Positions 59,009-64,000 of a stretch of 64,000 nt of DNA are shown here, in pieces. Position 1 is the first letter of the stretch, and every line of letters begins with the position of its first letter. The position numbers and the translations under genes are program-made. The stretch lies in the NCBI GenBank assembly GCA_014297435.1, contig JACOQA010000004.1, forward strand, positions 64,001 to 128,000. The letters run 5' to 3'. This DNA comes from Candidatus Nanohaloarchaea archaeon (GTDB taxonomy: Archaea > Nanohalarchaeota > Nanosalinia > Nanosalinales > Nanosalinaceae). The notes beneath the pieces are model-generated. The model saw only the letters and a list, made by a program, of their open reading frames with translations. It did no database searches and was not told the DNA's origin.

Positions 59009-59254
59009 ATGGGGAAGGCGGATATACTTGAAGACGAAGATATTGAAGAAATCTATGTAGAAGTCCGAGGTTCGGGCGAGACTTATGAAACAGTCTTAGA
59101 GAAACTTGGGGAGCTAAGTATTGATTACAACGAATCAGAAGATCCTTCAACCTATACTACAGGCGTGGTAATGAAAGTGAATCCTGAGAAAGGTCTTGGA
59201 GGAAAATTTAAAGGAGAAGAGGCGTTGGACGCCTTAAACGTTTTACTCGAGTAG
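59009..59254 (+). CDS. Hypothetical acidic protein
   Basis: 81-aa ORF. Confidence 0.55.
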   Translation: MGKADILEDEDIEEIYVEVRGSGETYETVLEKLGELSIDYNESEDPSTYTTGVVMKVNPEKGLGGKFKGEEALDALNVLLE

Positions 59255-59617
59255 TTCTCCGTTTACAACTCCTTCCTGCCCAGGTCTTGAAGTAATTCTG
59301 GCCTTTCCTTCAGAAGTTGTTACGATTGCGCCCTTGGTTAGTAGCGAACGTCTTACGAAGTTAGGGTTCGCATCGTTCTCTTCAACTGCTTCGATATCTG
59401 CGCTTACAACACCATCATCGGTTGCGAGGTTGATTGTCTCAGCGCCCTTTACTACGTTTTTGTTGTTTCCTCCGCGAGTATCTTTTTTCTCCACCTTCTT
59501 TTCATCGAGCTGCGGTTCCGAGAACTCGGATCCCAGGTCGTGTTTCCGGGACTTTCTGTAGCTTCGTGTTCTTCCGCCCGTCTTCTTTCTTCCGTTCTGT
59601 CTGTGCCAGATTGCCAT
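59243..59617 (-). CDS. rps8e: Ribosomal protein S8e
   Basis: RKKTGG, RK.DLG, TKGAIV, TSRPGQEGVVNG. Confidence 0.97.
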   Translation of the reverse strand: MAIWHRQNGRKKTGGRTRSYRKSRKHDLGSEFSEPQLDEKKVEKKDTRGGNNKNVVKGAETINLATDDGVVSADIEAVEENDANPNFVRRSLLTKGAIVTTSEGKARITSRPGQEGVVNGELLE

Positions 59618-59763
59618 ACAGTAATGCTCTAGCTGAAATTTTATAAAAACCTCTCTAACCCTTCAACTCCACGGATATACGGCGTTATATCCGCCTCAGA
59701 ACGTGGCACAGGGCAGGGTTTATATAAGTTGTAGGAAGAACTTCGGTTATAGGTGTTTCTAAG

Positions 59764-60000
59764 ATGGGAGACAACGACGACGGAAAGAGGCCACTCGACG
59801 TACTAGATACTGCAAAAGGAGACAGAGTAATCGCAAAACTGAAAGGCGGCCAGACAGTTTCCGGCAACCTGAAGGCTTTCGACCTCCACCTCAACATGTG
59901 GCTCGAAGAAGCTTCAGTCACGGATGAAGACGGAGGACAGACAGACTACGGAAAACTCTTGATCAGAGGCGACAACGTAATACTAGTCAGCCCGGAGTGA
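59764..60000 (+). CDS. Sm-like protein (SmAP1/Lsm)
   Basis: [27 protein letters not shown]. Confidence 0.95.
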   Translation: MGDNDDGKRPLDVLDTAKGDRVIAKLKGGQTVSGNLKAFDLHLNMWLEEASVTDEDGGQTDYGKLLIRGDNVILVSPE

Positions 60001-60007
60001 TTCAATA

Positions 60008-60163
60008 ATGGGATTAAACAAAGGAAAACGTAACAAGAAGACTCACGGTAAGTGCCGCAGATGCGGCAACAAGTCGTTCCACCTCAGGAAGAAAGAATGT
60101 GCTTCCTGCGGATTCGGAAAGACAAAGAAGATGAACAAGCCAGAGAAAAAGAGGAAAGCATAA
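60008..60163 (+). CDS. rpl37e: Ribosomal protein L37e (51 aa, not in ORF track)
   Basis: [28 protein letters not shown]; canonical lsm-rpl37e pair. Confidence 0.95.
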   Translation: MGLNKGKRNKKTHGKCRRCGNKSFHLRKKECASCGFGKTKKMNKPEKKRKA

Positions 60164-60393
60164 TGGAGAAGAACTACTCGGTAATCATTCTCTCCGCAGC
60201 GGGAGACTTCCTTGTTGAAGAGGAAGACCAGCTGGAGAAAAAGGAGAAAGGTGTAGTAGCCAGAAAGCCTTACATCTACACCGAAGAGGATGAAGCTCAG
60301 AGGATCGATGCCGAGAAGATCTTCGTTCCGTACAGTTCGATGGACAACATCCAATACGGCGAGTTCGACATCGAAACTGTCGAGCTAGAATAA
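60163..60393 (+). CDS. Hypothetical protein (76 aa)
   Basis: ATG overlaps the rpl37e stop (TAATG); the 60052 start in the ORF track would overlap rpl37e. Confidence 0.7.
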   Translation: MEKNYSVIILSAAGDFLVEEEDQLEKKEKGVVARKPYIYTEEDEAQRIDAEKIFVPYSSMDNIQYGEFDIETVELE

Positions 60394-60441
60394 AGGTATC
60401 TCCCATCAAAGGGGCATTTGAGCCCTTTCTTATCTTTTGAT

Positions 60442-60515
60442 GGGCCCGTAGCTCAGTCTGGCAGAGCACCGGCCTTTTAAGCCGGGCGTCGCGGGTTCAA
60501 ATCCCGTCGGGCCCA
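60442..60515 (+). tRNA. tRNA-Lys (TTT), no intron, CCA not encoded
   Basis: GGGCCCG/CGGGCCC acceptor stem; CCGGC-CTTTTAA-GCCGG anticodon arm; TTCAAAT T-loop. Confidence 0.97.
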
Positions 60516-60539
60516 ATTTCAATAAAAAACCCTGTTTCT

Positions 60540-61016
60540 TCAGAAACCTACACTTCTCTTAACAATTCTACTAATTTTGGTCAGCTTTCCTGCGATACTC
60601 AAACGCCCAATATAGGCTCCTAGGAGAGCCTCTTCTTCGAAAGGCAGGAACTCAGCGATAGCTCTACCTACCCGTGCCTCACGCATGATTGAGAATACAG
60701 GGATTATTAACAAGAAGTCGAGCCAGTGCTGTTCGAAGAACTGTTTTCTTGAGGTTGCAAGTCTTGCCGCCACCACAAGCCGGGCACTGAAGTAGATTAT
60801 TAGTCCGTAGTTCAGTAAGTTGACCGCTGTTCGAGTTCCTGGGTTGACAGGCAGCACAAACATGACTGTGATTATTGATCCTATGCCGATTAATGCAAAT
60901 GGAAGCAGTTGATCTAGGATTTTCTTGGCTCTAGAAGCTCTTTTCTGGGAAAATCTGGACTCTAGACCTTCCTCGATGTTTTCGACTCCTTCTCTGTAGT
61001 CTTCTTCCAGACCCAT
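60540..61016 (-). CDS. Ion-transport (voltage-sensor-like) domain protein without pore
   Basis: FF..HWLDFLLIIP..MREARVGR pattern resembling S3-S4. Confidence 0.55.
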   Translation of the reverse strand: MGLEEDYREGVENIEEGLESRFSQKRASRAKKILDQLLPFALIGIGSIITVMFVLPVNPGTRTAVNLLNYGLIIYFSARLVVAARLATSRKQFFEQHWLDFLLIIPVFSIMREARVGRAIAEFLPFEEEALLGAYIGRLSIAGKLTKISRIVKRSVGF

Positions 61017-61135
61017 TAAAGATGTGTTTAACCCAGGTCCGTCTTAAAACTTGGCGATCTAGAACCTTTTACACGAGGAAAAGACGGCAAGGAGCAAGAC
61101 CTTTTAGAATGTTAAGGTTCAAGCCTTGTTTGTAA

Positions 61136-61210
61136 GGACCGGTAGCTTAGCCAGGTTATAGCGCCACGCTGATAACGTGGAGATCCCCAGTTCAAATCTG
61201 GGCCGGTCCA
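61136..61210 (+). tRNA. tRNA-Ile (GAT), no intron, CCA not encoded
   Basis: GGACCGG/CCGGTCC acceptor stem; CCACG-CTGATAA-CGTGG anticodon arm; CCCAG-TTCAAAT-CTGGG T-arm. Confidence 0.97.
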
Positions 61211-61329
61211 CTCTGATTAATTGTCCTTGCTCTTCTTGACCTGAACTTTGACGTAAAGCTTGGGTTTCTGAGGAAACTTTCAAGACGACCAAGTTGTTAT
61301 TAAAAAGTTAATACAGATCGGTATTTTTT

Positions 61330-62529
61330 ATGGAAGACTTCCTGAGTCTGAAAGAGATAGAGGAAAAGAAAAACGAACTAAGGCAGGAAAGAGCCGAACT
61401 TGGAAACCCTCATGCACGAGAACTGAAAGACCTAGAGGAACCTATAGATTACATACTTGAAACCGAGGACAAATTCTTTGATCCACTACATGCGGTAGAG
61501 CTATTTGGAGAGGCTATCGACGTATGGAACTTTATAGATGAGTCATACAAGAAAAGTTACGGAACCGATTTTGAACCTTTAGATCAGATCCTGGACGGTA
61601 CAACATTCACATGGGAGCAGGAGATGGAGGAGACCGAAGGACCTTTAACCCCAATCAATGAACCATCCTCAGATATTTTCGACAAGATGGACAAAGCATT
61701 CATGTTCTACGAAATCTCGGATCTTAGTGAAACCCCGGTTCTAAGCGAAGAGTTTGATGACTGGTTCAGCAGATTATTTGAGAAAGGCAGAAACATAGCG
61801 TTGATAGATGGCGCGGTCGACTCCTATAACGGCGGAAAGGACTATCAGGATCTTGTGATGGATACAGGAAACTATATGGACTTCCTGTTGGATCAGCAGA
61901 GAAAGGATTTAGGCACAACTTTGCCGTTGAACAGGATAAACCACGATAGGATGAAATCTATGTTCAGCACCGAACAGGTCGAAAACCCTGAGAAGTACAA
62001 GGGCGCTAAAGTAGAGATGCCTAAACCTCATCCCCAGCTGAAGTATACGATGGCAAGAGAGTTCCTGGAAAGATACGAAGAACAAATAGAGAAAGCCAGA
62101 AATGAAAAAGGAGATAATACACAAGAACAAGATATCGTAGAGGAACAGGTTACCCGCACCGATACAAGAACTGTTGTGGACTGGGAAATGTTCGGATCCG
62201 ATCCCTCTGATGAGATGAAACAACTCTATGAAGCCGGAGCGAAGTATCAGGACGAATCCGATCTAGACCTCGATGCGGAGCGTCTAGGAAAGATTGTAGC
62301 CGATATGAACGGCGAAGATGTAGAGTACGAGCAAGGCGTGAAGCTTGGACCTCTAGGCGATGTAAAGAAGGCTGTTGATGAAGTTGATGACCTAGACTTC
62401 AAGCTGCCCGTAGGCTCTAAACTTCACGAATTAAGGACCCTTGCCGAGTCAATAGATCATGCAGAGAATTATCGTACGCGGGAGGAGTTCGAATATACGA
62501 AAACTGTGAAGGTTAGGCAGAACGATTGA
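61330..62529 (+). CDS. Hypothetical acidic protein
   Basis: 399-aa ORF, no recognised motif. Confidence 0.7.
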   Translation: MEDFLSLKEIEEKKNELRQERAELGNPHARELKDLEEPIDYILETEDKFFDPLHAVELFGEAIDVWNFIDESYKKSYGTDFEPLDQILDGTTFTWEQEMEETEGPLTPINEPSSDIFDKMDKAFMFYEISDLSETPVLSEEFDDWFSRLFEKGRNIALIDGAVDSYNGGKDYQDLVMDTGNYMDFLLDQQRKDLGTTLPLNRINHDRMKSMFSTEQVENPEKYKGAKVEMPKPHPQLKYTMAREFLERYEEQIEKARNEKGDNTQEQDIVEEQVTRTDTRTVVDWEMFGSDPSDEMKQLYEAGAKYQDESDLDLDAERLGKIVADMNGEDVEYEQGVKLGPLGDVKKAVDEVDDLDFKLPVGSKLHELRTLAESIDHAENYRTREEFEYTKTVKVRQND

Positions 62530-62580
62530 TGCCGGAAATCTTTCAAACCAGGTTTTTCAATTAATTATATTAAAGAAGAA

Positions 62581-63456
62581 TTATAATTCGAACTCTCCTT
62601 TACAAGCGGCTTTCAGCCCGTGAACTACTGCTTCTTCGCCCAATGAGTTTTCTTCAACTATAGGCTCCTGATTCATTAAGCCGTCCTCCACCTTTTCGAA
62701 CGGTTCTTCGACAACTTTCTCAAAATGGTTTTGTGCTACGGCTCCACCTACCCAGATTACTTCAGGATTGAACAGGTTGATCAGGTTCTCAAAACCTCTG
62801 GCGTTGCATTCCTGCATCTTGTCTATAACTTTCTCGGCAGTTCTATCACCTATCTCCTGTTTTTCGAATATTTCTCTTGAGTCCTTGTAGTTCCTGTTGA
62901 ATAGTTGTTCAGCCATTAAAGGCATTCTGTCGCCTGCACTATAGGCTTCCCAGTGGTCGCAGCCCCCGCAACCGCACTTCACTCCGTCTTTACCTATCTC
63001 CATATGTCCAACCTCTCCAAGGTTTCCGCCCCAGCCCTCAAGGATCTCTCCATCCACTATAACACCTGCGCCTATACCGGAGCTTATGGTGAGGTAGATC
63101 ATGTCTTCAGCCGAGTTTCTTCCGTAGTAATATTCTCCTGCGACTGCTGCTGTCGCATCGTTCATCATTTTTACATCTCCGTAGCCTGAAAGCATTTCTC
63201 TGAGGTTGAAGCTTTCTTTCGAAAGGTTTGGTGGGTAGAACTCCCCTTTCGCTCTGTCGATAGGTCCTGCAGCCGCCACCGCGACGTGTTCGAGATCTTC
63301 TAATTCATGGGATGATTCACGAACAACCGCTTCTACTAGTTCGTCTGTGTTTTCGAAGAAGTAGCGTGTGCTGTATTTTTCGACTGTTTCGAAGTCCTGT
63401 TTTCCTGTACCGATTACGGTGTTGGTGGCTCCTATGTCAACGCAGAGAAACGCCAT
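62581..63456 (-). CDS. ROK family sugar kinase (glucokinase-like)
   Basis: VDIGATN, NDA, GIGAG, GEVGH, CGCG..HWE. Confidence 0.92.
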   Translation of the reverse strand: MAFLCVDIGATNTVIGTGKQDFETVEKYSTRYFFENTDELVEAVVRESSHELEDLEHVAVAAAGPIDRAKGEFYPPNLSKESFNLREMLSGYGDVKMMNDATAAVAGEYYYGRNSAEDMIYLTISSGIGAGVIVDGEILEGWGGNLGEVGHMEIGKDGVKCGCGGCDHWEAYSAGDRMPLMAEQLFNRNYKDSREIFEKQEIGDRTAEKVIDKMQECNARGFENLINLFNPEVIWVGGAVAQNHFEKVVEEPFEKVEDGLMNQEPIVEENSLGEEAVVHGLKAACKGEFEL

Positions 63457-63542
63457 AGAGGAAGCTTGATTTAACCAGAATTTAAGCTTTCGGAAGAATC
63501 ACTCTCAACAAACATAAATTAATTTAGTCTTTATTGGCTTTT

Positions 63543-64000
63543 ATGTCCTCTGAGAAATTCTTAGAGTTTCTAGAAGTGTTGAAGAAGGACTATGAGGACA
63601 AAAGTTACAGTTGCCAAGTTTTCAATGAGACCTATCCCGGCGCACTGGAAAGTGTGGACGAAACTGTCGAACCGGAAGGCAAAATAGATCTGCTTTTCGA
63701 GGATCGCTATTCTGCTGCCGACAAAATGGTTGGGGCAACAAGAACGTCTATGATAAGTAGACCTCTCCTGGAAAAACGCCTTGATAGAAAAAGGAAGAAA
63801 AACGCTGGAGCCGCCCTCCACGTAGAATCAGTAAAAAATACGAAAGTAAACACCGAATTGGCTCTAAAACCTGAGGGTGAGCTAAAAACAGTTTATGAAC
63901 TTTACGAAGGAACACAGGGGAGCTTTGAATGGGGAGATGCAGAGACAGTTGTTTCCAACCCCTCAAATCTCTACCGGATGAGGGACGAGTATCTGATCCA
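63543..64000 (+). CDS. Hypothetical protein, 3'-partial
   Basis: ATG 63543 (MSSEKFLEFLEVLKKDY...); frame open to window end. Confidence 0.6.
   Translation, partial: MSSEKFLEFLEVLKKDYEDKSYSCQVFNETYPGALESVDETVEPEGKIDLLFEDRYSAADKMVGATRTSMISRPLLEKRLDRKRKKNAGAALHVESVKNTKVNTELALKPEGELKTVYELYEGTQGSFEWGDAETVVSNPSNLYRMRDEYLI

Noticed and set aside
60052-60393. 113-aa ORF in the supplied track
   Set aside because: Its 5' half overlaps rpl37e in another frame; the real gene most likely starts at 60163

Overview
Gene-dense, mid-GC archaeal chromosome segment. The proteins are strongly Asp/Glu-rich (salt-in halophile), intergenic gaps are short and many promoters look leaderless. Together with the gene set (single-fold histone, single-OB SSB, short Cdc6, MNT-HEPN fusion), this best fits Candidatus Nanohaloarchaeota (DPANN); this is an inference, as no rRNA is present. 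1-7 kb: uncharacterised genes, including a 900-aa expanded TIM-barrel metalloprotein. 7-20.3 kb: accessory region with a thiol-redox module (circularly permuted DsbA, two CxxC membrane proteins, Cys-containing HxlR, glutaredoxin), a split RND/MMPL exporter and two ABC systems; part of it is bounded by a degenerate 57-bp direct repeat. 20.5-29 kb: complete A1AO ATP synthase operon (H-I-K-E-C-F-A-B-orf-D). 29-64 kb: mostly core information-processing genes (trm1, tfb, nob1, histone, aIF5A, cca, adkA, elp3, intein-containing DNA ligase, rpl15e, RNase P proteins, tbp, mcm, RPA, aIF2-beta, nth, cdc6, rps8e, lsm-rpl37e), tRNA-Lys(TTT), tRNA-Ile(GAT) and scattered orphan ORFs. I saw no CRISPR array, rRNA or transposase. 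All calls come from motif recognition by eye, not database searches.
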